Below are positions 32,712-41,139 of a stretch of 64,000 bases of DNA, piece after piece. The position numbers were made by a program, and so were the translations under genes. Source of the stretch: Longimicrobiales bacterium (lineage in GTDB: Bacteria; Gemmatimonadota; Gemmatimonadetes; Longimicrobiales; Gaopeijiaceae); the NCBI GenBank assembly GCA_965202985.1, contig CBDBCF010000002.1:448001-512000 (forward strand), in the 5' to 3' direction. Positions within the stretch are counted from its first letter, which is position 1, and every line of letters starts with the position of its first letter. The notes beneath the pieces were generated by a model, which made no database searches, was not told the DNA's origin, and worked only from the letters and a program-made list of their open reading frames with translations.

Positions 32712-33004
32712 CCGCCCTCCGCCTTCCGCCGCAGCTCGGCCTCCATGCGCTCCAGGATCCCCGTCGCCTGGTTGCGAAGGACCGGGCGCGGCTCCCATGC
32801 GGCGAAGTCCCGCAGCAAAGTGACGGCGTCGACGGTGGCTTGCTCGCCGGTCAGGTGACGGAGGGCTGCGAGCCTGCGGAAGGCGTTGGCGCTAAACAGG
32901 TCCCGACGGTGGCGAACGACCTGGTCGCGGAAGACGAGCGTGGCCACGGCCCCTACGGCGCCTGCGCCCAGGAGAAACAGCCCGGCCTTTCGCAGGCGGC
33001 TCAC
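32708..33004 (-). CDS. Small membrane-anchored hypothetical protein
   Basis: GTG overlaps the recR stop and TGA overlaps the pgsA start; N-terminal hydrophobic helix. Confidence 0.7.
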   Translation of the reverse strand: MSRLRKAGLFLLGAGAVGAVATLVFRDQVVRHRRDLFSANAFRRLAALRHLTGEQATVDAVTLLRDFAAWEPRPVLRNQATGILERMEAELRRKAEGG

Positions 33005-33618
33005 GGGTGCATCTCGCGCCGGCCGTCCAGCGCTTCGGCGATCGTGGTGCCGTCCACGTACTCGAGGTCGCTGCCCACGGGAATGCCCCGAGCCAATCGC
33101 GTGACGCGGACGGGATAGCGGCGCAGCAGGCCCTCCAGGTACACCGCCGTGGCTTCGCCCTCCACGCTGGCGTTGGTGGCCAGGATGACCTCCAGCGGCT
33201 GGTGCGGCTCGGCTTCGTCGTCGGACCGACCGTCCAGCCGGTTCGTCAGCGCGTCGATGTTCAGCTTCTCGGGACCCACGCCGTCCAGCGGCGACAGCCG
33301 TCCTCCCAGCACGTGGTACAGCCCGCGGTAGCGGCCGCTTCGGTCGATGGCGCCCACCTCGTAGGCCTCCTCGACCACGCAGATCGACTTGCGGTCCCGG
33401 GACGGGTCCGCGCACACGCCGCAGAGTTCGTCGTCGCAGTAGTTCCCGCAGTCCGGACAGGGATGAACCCGGTCGGCCACATCCTCGAGCGCCTGAGCCA
33501 GCCGTCGCGCGTCCGCCTTGGCGCCCTTGACCACATGGTACGCCAAGCGCAAGGCCGTCTTGTTCCCCACGCCCGGCAGCTTCTGCAGCTCGGCGGCTAG
33601 AGCGTCGATCGACGACAC
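33001..33618 (-). CDS. recR: Recombination mediator RecR
   Basis: KLPGVGNKTA, C4 zinc finger, YHVLGG and EGEATA motifs. Confidence 0.96.
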   Translation of the reverse strand: MSSIDALAAELQKLPGVGNKTALRLAYHVVKGAKADARRLAQALEDVADRVHPCPDCGNYCDDELCGVCADPSRDRKSICVVEEAYEVGAIDRSGRYRGLYHVLGGRLSPLDGVGPEKLNIDALTNRLDGRSDDEAEPHQPLEVILATNASVEGEATAVYLEGLLRRYPVRVTRLARGIPVGSDLEYVDGTTIAEALDGRREMHP

Positions 33619-33640
33619 GGCCCCCAAGGCCTCCTCCGCC

Positions 33641-33955
33641 CTAGAAGAGGTCGGAAAGGTGCAACGGCAACCCTCCGGCGGCTTGGCGCACATGTTCCTC
33701 CGAGAACTTGCGGGCGCCCTTCTGGGCCGCCGCCACCGCCGCCACCACGAGGTCCTCCAGCATCTCGGGGTCGTCCGGGTCGATCACGGCCGGGTCGATC
33801 GCCAGCCCCTTCAGGTCGCCCTTGCCGGTGACGCGGGCGGTGACCATCCCTCCGCCCGCCGACGCCTCCAGCTCCTTGGCCTCCAGGCTGTCCTGGAACT
33901 CCTGCATTCTGGCCTGAACCTGCTTGACGACTTGCTGAAAGTTCCCCGAGTTCAT
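33641..33955 (-). CDS. YbaB/EbfC nucleoid-associated protein
   Basis: AGGGMV and EMLEDLV motifs; dnaX-ybaB-recR order. Confidence 0.93.
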   Translation of the reverse strand: MNSGNFQQVVKQVQARMQEFQDSLEAKELEASAGGGMVTARVTGKGDLKGLAIDPAVIDPDDPEMLEDLVVAAVAAAQKGARKFSEEHVRQAAGGLPLHLSDLF

Positions 33956-33977
33956 CCGTTGCGCGCTCCTGTTGCGT

Positions 33978-35588
33978 TCACCCTACGAGAGTCAGGTCGA
34001 GTTCGTCGACGGCCCGCGCCAGGAACGGCGCCCGGTCGACGATCTCCTTCATGCGTTCTTCTCGGACCGAATCTTCGGTGATCCTGGCGGCCCTCTTGCC
34101 CCGAGGCCCGGCAGCGTCTCCGTTCCCCGTAATTTCTACGGAACCCCGCCCCGCACCAAGGGCCGCGCCGGTTGCCCGGCCGGCGGGCGCGGACGGGCCT
34201 GTCCGAGCGGGCGAAGTTGCCGACGGCACGGCTGTCCGTGTCCGAGCGGGCAGAGTTGCCGGCACGTCTGGGACCGTCCGACGGGCCGGGGCTGGCGACG
34301 AGGCTGGGGTGGACGACGCGGCCGGACGTGCCCCGGCGGCTGGATTCCCCCCGGTGGCCGCCTCGGCCGGGGCGGAGGACGTCCGGGGTCCGTCGGCTTC
34401 GCCCCCGCCCGGTCGCGGCGCCCTGTCTCCCGCCGGCGCGCCGCCCAGCGCCCGCACGATGTCTTCCAGCTCGACGGTGCGGTCCAGGTAGCTCATCCGC
34501 AGCAGCAGCATCTCCACCAGGACGCGGGGCCTCCCCGTGCGCCGCAGGCTGCCGGCGGCCTCCAAGTCGGCGGCCATGGCCAGCATCCTGACCAGGTCGC
34601 CGGGCGCGAACGCCTGGGCCCGCTCGGCGTAGGCGGCCCGCAGTTCGGCGCCCATGTCGCCCGCGCCGGTCTCCGGGTCCAGCGCGACCCGGAGCAGAAG
34701 CCGAAGCCGTTCGGCCAAGCCGTGGTAGAACTCGACCAGGTCGTAACCGGCGTCCAGCAGCGACTCCACGAAGTCGAACACGGCCCCGTGGCGGCGTTGG
34801 GCCACCAAGTCGAACAGCTCCAGGTAGCGCTCCTCCGCCACGACCCCCAGCACGCGCACCACGGCGTCGATCCCCAACTCGCGGCCGGAAAGAGCCAGCA
34901 CCTGATCCAGCAACGACAGGCCGTCGCGCATGCCGCCGTTGGCCTTGCGGGCAATGGCGACCAGGGCCTCGGCCTCGAAGCCGATCCCTTCGCGTTCGAG
35001 CACCTCCGACAGGCGCGCCACGATGTCCGACGCGCCGACGCGCCGGAAGTCGAAGCGCTGGCAGCGGGAAAGAATCGGCGACGCCGCCTGGCGGATCTTC
35101 TGGGCTTCCGTGGTGGCGAACACGAAGATCACTCGGGGGGGCGGCTCCTCCAGGATCTTCAGCAGGGCGTTCCACGCCTCCCGGGTGAGCATGTGGGCCT
35201 CGTCCAGGATGTAGACCTTGTGACGGCCTTCCTCGGACGGGGCGTACATGGCGCGCTCGCGCAGCTCGCGGGCGTCGTCCACGCCCCGGTTGGAGGCGGC
35301 GTCGATCTCCACCACGTCCAGCGACGTGTGGCCGCCCCAGATCAGCCCGCAGTTCTCGCACTCCCCGCAGGGCTCGCCCTCGGTCGTCCGCTCCGGGCAG
35401 TTCAAGGCCATGGCCAGGATGCGCGCCAGCGTGGTCTTCCCCACCCCCCGGGGCCCGCAGAACAGGTAGGCGTGGCCGACCCTTCCGCGGGACACGGCGT
35501 GCCGGAGCGTCTCCGACACGTGCTCCTGCGTCGCTACTTCGCCGAACCGTCGAGGGCGGTACTTCCGGGCTAGGGCGAGGTAGGACAA
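33978..35588 (-). CDS. dnaX: DNA polymerase III gamma/tau
   Basis: LARKYRP, GPRGVGKTT, DEAHML and SRCQ motifs; Ala/Pro-rich linker. Confidence 0.96.
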   Translation of the reverse strand: MSYLALARKYRPRRFGEVATQEHVSETLRHAVSRGRVGHAYLFCGPRGVGKTTLARILAMALNCPERTTEGEPCGECENCGLIWGGHTSLDVVEIDAASNRGVDDARELRERAMYAPSEEGRHKVYILDEAHMLTREAWNALLKILEEPPPRVIFVFATTEAQKIRQAASPILSRCQRFDFRRVGASDIVARLSEVLEREGIGFEAEALVAIARKANGGMRDGLSLLDQVLALSGRELGIDAVVRVLGVVAEERYLELFDLVAQRRHGAVFDFVESLLDAGYDLVEFYHGLAERLRLLLRVALDPETGAGDMGAELRAAYAERAQAFAPGDLVRMLAMAADLEAAGSLRRTGRPRVLVEMLLLRMSYLDRTVELEDIVRALGGAPAGDRAPRPGGGEADGPRTSSAPAEAATGGNPAAGARPAASSTPASSPAPARRTVPDVPATLPARTRTAVPSATSPARTGPSAPAGRATGAALGAGRGSVEITGNGDAAGPRGKRAARITEDSVREERMKEIVDRAPFLARAVDELDLTLVG

Positions 35589-35614
35589 GGGCTCCGCCGG
35601 CGGGGGGAAGGAAG

Positions 35615-35716
35615 GGTGCCCCAGGCACTCCGCGACAACGTTCGCCGCACTTACCGCTGCTGCCTGCGGGGCCCTGACGGAGTTCGTGAGCTCCCGTTCC
35701 GCGGACCTGGGGCACC
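35615..35716 (-). ncRNA. ffs: Signal recognition particle 4.5S RNA
   Basis: Perfect 11-bp terminal stem GGUGCCCCAGG/CCUGGGGCACC; domain IV AACUCCGUCAGG-GCC-loop-GGC-AGCAGCGGUAAG; lies upstream of dnaX. Confidence 0.88.
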
Positions 35717-35722
35717 ATCGGA

Positions 35723-35752
35723 AAGATAGCCCGCTTCAAGGCACCCGGTCAA
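35723..35752 (-). promoter_or_regulatory. Sigma70-type promoter of ffs
   Basis: TTGACC-N18-TATCTT, ending ~7 nt before the SRP 5' stem. Confidence 0.65.
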
Positions 35753-35844
35753 CCCGCCACACCCCGGATCGGCGGAGGGGGCGCGACTCATCGGATATCG
35801 CCCGCCCTGATCAACGCGTCGTTTGGGGCGTCCAGCCCACTTGC

Positions 35845-36339
35845 CTACCAGCCCGAGTCGATAACCGCGCAGTCAACCCCGTCGTAGAGCGCCTTAGTGT
35901 GGTCCTGTCCCGTAACGTGGTGAAGCGCCTCGTGAATCAGCGTCTCGATCACATCCGCGTCCGTCCGGCTGCCGCGTGCGGGCTGGATAATGATCCAATG
36001 GTCGTCATCGAACGGCCAGTTAGTGAAGTGCTTTCCGGTTGTCGATACGCCGGACCATCCATGCCTGTGTTTCGGCCCAGCCAGGTTATCACCCCCGCGA
36101 TAAACGCCACGAACGGCCAACTTGATTCCAGTACACTTCTCCGCATCGGACCACTGAAGATTGGCGATCCGGTCCATCCAAGCCTCTACTTCGACATCGG
36201 AAGCGGCACGCCCCGTTGTGCGCCATAGCCACCCTCGGCGCTCTATTTCGTAGATTTGCTCGTTGTCCTGGCCGACCATGCCGGGACTGCTCGCGACCAA
36301 GATCAGAACAGACGCCAGCAGTCGAGTCGGAATGATCAC
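35845..36339 (-). CDS. Small secreted protein with HEXXH zincin-like motif
   Basis: Hydrophobic signal LLASVLILVASS; IETLIHEALHH..GQDH; two Cys; GTGA-coupled to the upstream lipoprotein. Confidence 0.65.
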   Translation of the reverse strand: MIIPTRLLASVLILVASSPGMVGQDNEQIYEIERRGWLWRTTGRAASDVEVEAWMDRIANLQWSDAEKCTGIKLAVRGVYRGGDNLAGPKHRHGWSGVSTTGKHFTNWPFDDDHWIIIQPARGSRTDADVIETLIHEALHHVTGQDHTKALYDGVDCAVIDSGW

Positions 36340-36803
36340 TTGACGTGACCTCGATAAACCAAGGCGGGCCGGTAGCGGGCGTTATGGTCGCAGGGGAGGC
36401 CCGGTGGCCAGCTCCATGGTTCGACGATGATGGCTCCGTCCGTGGTCTCGAAGTGGTCTTCGGGCTCCATCACAACCCACGGGGGCGGACAAGCGAGCTT
36501 CGGTGGCCACTTCTTGTCGTCCTGAACCTTGACGAGCGTGGCGTCGAACACCGCAAGCCCGTGGTCGCTGGCGCGTACTTCGGGACCGTGAAGCTCCAGT
36601 ATCGTTTCGGGCGACTCCAACCCCCACTTGCGGACGCTCTCGAACTGTGCGGCGAGTTCGCTTCGCGTCTCGAGGTCTATCGTGTCGCCCTTCTCGAGAG
36701 GCCATCCGGCAGGCTCCTCAACTTGCTCGACGCCTGTCGAACTTGGCGTCTCGTGGGAGCAGGCGCACGCCAGGACCAAAGCGGCGATGGTGCAGTGTCG
36801 CAT
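36336..36803 (-). CDS. Hypothetical lipoprotein (copy A)
   Basis: LAC(AC) lipobox-like motif; AAGGAG RBS; paralog of 37122..37589. Confidence 0.75.
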   Translation of the reverse strand: MRHCTIAALVLACACSHETPSSTGVEQVEEPAGWPLEKGDTIDLETRSELAAQFESVRKWGLESPETILELHGPEVRASDHGLAVFDATLVKVQDDKKWPPKLACPPPWVVMEPEDHFETTDGAIIVEPWSWPPGLPCDHNARYRPALVYRGHVK

Positions 36804-36931
36804 GGTTGGGCTCCTTGACCTGCCCCCATACGGATGGCCACCGATTTATCTCCATCGGCCGTGGTGTCGGTCAGGATTGAAGGTTACACAGCGTGGCCGG
36901 ATGGTCAAGGTTACGAGTCAGCACAGGAAGA

Positions 36932-37075
36932 TCAGGCGAGGAACTTTGCCGCCAACAGCCAGACCGATTTTGCGTCCTAAGGAGCTACGCTGGCGTAACA
37001 GCGTTGGCCGGCAACCGCAACTGGGGCGAGTTCCAGCGTGCCCCCGGTGTCGGCCCGAAAGAGACAATTGCAATC
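36932..37075 (-). pseudogene. Decayed remnant of the 3' end of the beta-propeller gene
   Basis: Matches 37711-37780 joined to 37953-38025, with two 1-bp insertions and a 172-bp deletion. Confidence 0.8.
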
Positions 37076-37121
37076 AGTACCGATGGGGGCCGCAAGCGGC
37101 AAGGTCCGGGTCACTCGTCGC

Positions 37122-37589
37122 TCACTTGACGTGACCTCGATAAACCAAGGCGGGCCGGTAGCGGGCGTTATGGTCGCAGGGGAGGCCGGGCGGCCAGGCC
37201 TCCGGTTCGAGGATGAGGGCTCCGTCCGTCGTGAAGAAGTCGTCACCGGGCTCGACCACAAGTCCCGGGGGAGGACAAGCGAGCTTCAGGGGCCGCCTCT
37301 TGTCGTCCTGAACCTTGACGAACGTGAAGTCGAACGCCGCAAGCCCGTGGTCGCTGGCGCGTACTTCGGGGCCGCGAAGCTCCAGTATCGTTTCGGGCGA
37401 CTCCAACCCCCACTTGCGGACGCTCTCGAACTGTGCGGAGAGTTCTCGGCGCGTTTGGAAATCGATCGTGTCGCCCTTCTCGAGAGGCCATCCGGCAGGC
37501 TCCTCAACTTGCTCGATGCCTGCCGAACTGGGCGTCTCGTGGGAGCAGGCGCACGCCAGGATCAAAGCGGCGATGGTGCAGTGTCGCAT
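37122..37589 (-). CDS. Hypothetical lipoprotein (copy B)
   Basis: 131/155 aa identical to copy A by manual alignment. Confidence 0.75.
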   Translation of the reverse strand: MRHCTIAALILACACSHETPSSAGIEQVEEPAGWPLEKGDTIDFQTRRELSAQFESVRKWGLESPETILELRGPEVRASDHGLAAFDFTFVKVQDDKRRPLKLACPPPGLVVEPGDDFFTTDGALILEPEAWPPGLPCDHNARYRPALVYRGHVK

Positions 37590-37710
37590 GGTTGGGCTCC
37601 TTGACCTGCCCCGATAGGGATGGCCACCGACTGATCTCCGTCGGCCGTGGTGTCGGTCAGGATTGAAGGTTTACACGGGATGGTCAAGGTTACGGGTCAC
37701 CACAGGAAGG

Positions 37711-38814
37711 TCAGGCGGGGAACTTTGCCGACAACAACCAGACCGATTCTGCATCCAAGGAGCTGCGCTGGCGCACCAGCAGCAGATCGCCACGAGCATC
37801 GAGCATCCGCGTTCCCGCAGGGACGGAAATCGAACCGACCGCTCCGGACCGGTCGATGCGGAGCAGCCTCGTGGGCTCTTCTTCCTGAGCGGCTTCGCCG
37901 ACCCACAGGGCGCCGTCGGCGCCGAGCAGGAGCTGGTCGAGGCTTCGGGAGCGCTGGCCGGCGACCGCGACCGGGGCGAGTTCCAGCGTGCCCACGGTGT
38001 CGCCCGAAAGAGACAGGGTTGCGATCGACGTCGAGTGCGTGTTCCCCGTCAGGACCCATTGGCCGTCCGAAGCGACCAAAGCATGCCAAGCGTCTTCGAC
38101 GGCCGCGATGTTGACCGAAGCGGGATCCGGCAAGCGGCGCCACATGCGATTGTCCAACCTGACGATCGAGTCCGTCAGCCGACCTGCGTCGTCGATCACG
38201 ATCACCGACAGGGTGTCGCGCGCACGAGCTCCCGGCGCGGATTCCGGTTCCATGAGCACAGCCGGAAGACCTGACGACACTGCGAGAACGAATCTGCGGT
38301 CGCTCGTCCCGACGAGCATCGCGGGCTGCCGGCCACGAAGGCCGATTCCCGGCGTTTGGAATGTCCGGCGATGCTCGCCGGGGGTCGAATGGACCGAGAA
38401 CCGGGCTTGGTCGCGGTCGTACACTACGAGAGAATCCGCCCCGAGCCGGGCAAGCCACAGCGGTCGCAGGAAGTCGCCGGGGCCCTGGCCCCTGCGCCCG
38501 AAGGAATCCAGCTCGCCGGACTTCCAGTCGTATCGCAGTACCTGATGCCATCCGCCGTTCACGACGAACAAGCTGGTTCGTCGTTCGTCCACTAGGCCGC
38601 TCGACACGCGAAACAGCGTCTCCGAGCGGTCGAGCAACGTTGCGTCGGTGATCGTCGCCACCGTGTCGACCGCAAGGGGTTGGACGGGCGGGCGAATCTG
38701 TGCAAACGACCATCCGGCAGGCTCGTCAACTGGTTCAATGTCTGCCGAGCTGGGCGCCTCGTGTGAGCAGGCGCACGCCAGGAACAGAGCAAGTGCGGCG
38801 ATGCCGTGTCGCAT
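37711..38814 (-). CDS. 6-bladed beta-propeller (NHL-like) lipoprotein
   Basis: LACAC; FGRRGQGPGDF..P; DSLVVYD; DGALWV; AGGAG RBS. Confidence 0.75.
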   Translation of the reverse strand: MRHGIAALALFLACACSHEAPSSADIEPVDEPAGWSFAQIRPPVQPLAVDTVATITDATLLDRSETLFRVSSGLVDERRTSLFVVNGGWHQVLRYDWKSGELDSFGRRGQGPGDFLRPLWLARLGADSLVVYDRDQARFSVHSTPGEHRRTFQTPGIGLRGRQPAMLVGTSDRRFVLAVSSGLPAVLMEPESAPGARARDTLSVIVIDDAGRLTDSIVRLDNRMWRRLPDPASVNIAAVEDAWHALVASDGQWVLTGNTHSTSIATLSLSGDTVGTLELAPVAVAGQRSRSLDQLLLGADGALWVGEAAQEEEPTRLLRIDRSGAVGSISVPAGTRMLDARGDLLLVRQRSSLDAESVWLLSAKFPA

Positions 38815-38877
38815 GGGGTCCGTCTCCTGATACACGGGCGGGCGATCTTGGGAAGCAACGTCGCGCTGCGCTCGCCC

Positions 38878-39279
38878 TTACGCCATGCCCGGCCTCCAAG
38901 CGTCGGCGACGTGCTCGATCCGGGCGTTTTCGCTGGTCAGGTCCACGGAGACGACGTCGAAGCGGTACGCGGTTCCGGGGCGGCCGTGCTCCAGTATCCA
39001 GCGCCGGGCGGCGGTCTGCACCGCTCTCCGCTTGCGCAGGCCCACCGGTTCCAGGGGCGTGCCGCCGGACCGGGTGGAGCGCGTCTTGACCTCGACGAAC
39101 GCCACGACCTCGCGTCGGCGAACCACCAGGTCGATCTCCTTGGGGCCCGCCCGGTAGTTCCGCGCCAGAACCGTCCAGCCCTGCGACTCCAGGTGGGCCG
39201 CCGCCAGCTGCTCGCCATGACGCCCGACTTCGCGTCTCGGGTTCGGCGGCCTGCTCGCGGGGCCGCGGCTCCGGTGCAA
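38878..39279 (-). CDS. YraN family protein
   Basis: GEQLAA, RNYR, EIDL, FVEVKTR and YRFDV motifs; start uncertain. Confidence 0.9.
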   Translation of the reverse strand: MHRSRGPASRPPNPRREVGRHGEQLAAAHLESQGWTVLARNYRAGPKEIDLVVRRREVVAFVEVKTRSTRSGGTPLEPVGLRKRRAVQTAARRWILEHGRPGTAYRFDVVSVDLTSENARIEHVADAWRPGMA

Positions 39280-39298
39280 GGGGTCGACCTGTTGCCGG

Positions 39299-40348
39299 TT
39301 ACGCGTCCGGCTCGGGCCGGCTCGGGGGCGGCGCCAGCGTCCGCCCGATGGCGCCGGCGATGGGGACGCACTGGGCCACCAGCTCGCGGAACTGGTCGGG
39401 GTACAGGCTCTGGGCGCCGTCGGACAAGGCGGAGGGCGGGTCGGGGTGGACCTCCACGATCACGCCGTCGGCGCCTGCGGCCACGGCGGCCCGCGCCATC
39501 GGGGTGACCTTGGAGCGCACGCCGGTGCCGTGGCTGGGATCGGCCACCACGGGCAGGTGGGTCAGGGACTTGACCAGCGGGATGGCGGTCAGGTCCAGCA
39601 GGTTGCGCGTCTGCTGGTCGAAGCTGCGCACTCCGCGCTCGCAGAGGACGACGTTGGGGTTGCCGGCGCTCAGCAGGTACTCGGCGGCCAAGAGAAGCTC
39701 GTTGATCGTGGCCGACATGCCGCGCTTCAAGAGCACGGGCTTGCCGGCCCTGCCCGCCCGCTTGAGGAGCGGGTAGTTCTGCATGTTGCGCGCGCCGATC
39801 TGGATCACGTCGGCGTGCTCCGCCACCAGGGCGACGCTCTCCGCGTCCACCGCCTCGGTCACCACTGCCAAGCCGGTGGCCTCGCGGGCTTCCGCCAGCA
39901 GCTCCAGCCCCTCGAGTCCCAGCCCTTGGAACGAATACGGCGACGTGCGGGGCTTGAACGCGCCCCCTCGAAGCGCACCGGCGCCGGCCTCCCGAACCAT
40001 GGCGGCGCTCTCCAGAATCTGCTCGCGGCTCTCCACGGCGCAGGGACCCGCCACGAGCACCACGCCGGGGCTGCCGACGACCACGCCGTTCCCAAGGTCC
40101 ACCAAGGTGTCCTCGTCCCTCCACTCGCGGGACACCTGCTTGTAGGGCTTGCTGACCTTGATGACCTCGCGCACGCCGGGCAGCCCTTCCAGCCGCGCCG
40201 AGTCCACGCGCCCGTCGTTCCCCACCAGGCCGACGGCGGTCCGCTGGCGCCCGGGGATCGGCTGTGCGCCGTAGCCCATGGCGTCGATCGCGTCCACGAC
40301 GCGCTGGATGTCGTCGGACGTGGCCCGGTGGTCCATGACGATCAGCAT
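39299..40348 (-). CDS. aroF: DAHP synthase type I-beta with N-terminal regulatory domain
   Basis: [31 protein letters not shown] and DPSH motifs. Confidence 0.93.
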   Translation of the reverse strand: MLIVMDHRATSDDIQRVVDAIDAMGYGAQPIPGRQRTAVGLVGNDGRVDSARLEGLPGVREVIKVSKPYKQVSREWRDEDTLVDLGNGVVVGSPGVVLVAGPCAVESREQILESAAMVREAGAGALRGGAFKPRTSPYSFQGLGLEGLELLAEAREATGLAVVTEAVDAESVALVAEHADVIQIGARNMQNYPLLKRAGRAGKPVLLKRGMSATINELLLAAEYLLSAGNPNVVLCERGVRSFDQQTRNLLDLTAIPLVKSLTHLPVVADPSHGTGVRSKVTPMARAAVAAGADGVIVEVHPDPPSALSDGAQSLYPDQFRELVAQCVPIAGAIGRTLAPPPSRPEPDA

Positions 40349-41139
40349 GGCGGCACGGTCTCCCGACGCAGAACGAACGCCTGGCCGTCTTCCGCGCAAA
40401 CGACGGGTCCGTCGTAGCCGGCGGCCCGGACCAGCGCCGGCGTCGAACCGGCGTCGAGCGGCGGGTAGAGGTGGGTGAGGACGAGCGTGCCCGGGTCGGC
40501 GTTCCCGGCCAAGCCGGCCACCGACTTGGGCGACAGGTGGTTGTCGGCCGGGGGCGGGTCCGGGTAGGCGCATTCGCTGACCAGCACGTCCACGCCGGCC
40601 AGGAACCGACCCACCGCCGGCGCAGGTCCGGTGTCTCCCGTGTAGCCGGCCGTCGCGCTTCCCAGGCGAACGCGGACCGCCACCGAGTGGTCGGTATGGC
40701 GGGTCGGGGCGAAGCGCACGTCCAGGGACGCCCGGTCGTCGGTCCAGCGCGCGTCTCTGGACAGCTCGTGATAGGTGGTCTCGAAGCCCGGGTCCGCGAT
40801 GAAGTCGCCGTAGGCCGAGCGCAGGGCCTCCGCCCGGGTGCGCAGCCCGGGCGGTCCCAGTATCCGCAGGGGTCGTTCGCGAGCGGCCGCCTGCCTGCCC
40901 CACTTGAGGGCGAACAGAAGGTGCGGGAGGCCGGCGAAGTGGTCCGGGTGGTAGTGACTGAAGACGACGTGCGTGATCTCCCACCAGGGCTTGTCCAGCC
41001 GAGCCAGCGCGTGGGCGGCGCCAGGGCCGGCGTCCAGCAGCACGCAAGCGTCGTCGGCCTCGAGCAGGTGGCAGGGCGACGAGCGGTTCGCGGACGGCGC
41101 CAGCGTGCCCGACCCGACGACCGTGAGCACGGGGTTCAC
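40342..41139 (-). CDS. Metallo-beta-lactamase fold hydrolase (RNase Z-like)
   Basis: SHYHPDH, YTGDT and LTHLYP motifs; GTGA overlap with smc. Confidence 0.85.
   Translation of the reverse strand: MNPVLTVVGSGTLAPSANRSSPCHLLEADDACVLLDAGPGAAHALARLDKPWWEITHVVFSHYHPDHFAGLPHLLFALKWGRQAAARERPLRILGPPGLRTRAEALRSAYGDFIADPGFETTYHELSRDARWTDDRASLDVRFAPTRHTDHSVAVRVRLGSATAGYTGDTGPAPAVGRFLAGVDVLVSECAYPDPPPADNHLSPKSVAGLAGNADPGTLVLTHLYPPLDAGSTPALVRAAGYDGPVVCAEDGQAFVLRRETVPPC

Larger units (their letters stand above)
36336..38025. repeat. Imperfect tandem duplication (36336-37075 vs 37122-38025)
   Basis: The gene, the intergenic leader and the upstream gene tail are all duplicated. Confidence 0.9.

Noticed and set aside
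34200..34270. ~35-bp imperfect direct repeat in dnaX, and a possible gamma/tau frameshift signal
   Set aside because: It lies in the low-complexity linker, has only two copies, and no A-AAA-AAG or poly-A slippery site is seen.
36840..36865. Fluoride riboswitch (GAUGGAG similarity) in the lipoprotein leader
   Set aside because: The pseudoknot partner and downstream conserved nucleotides are not evident, and the gene context does not fit.
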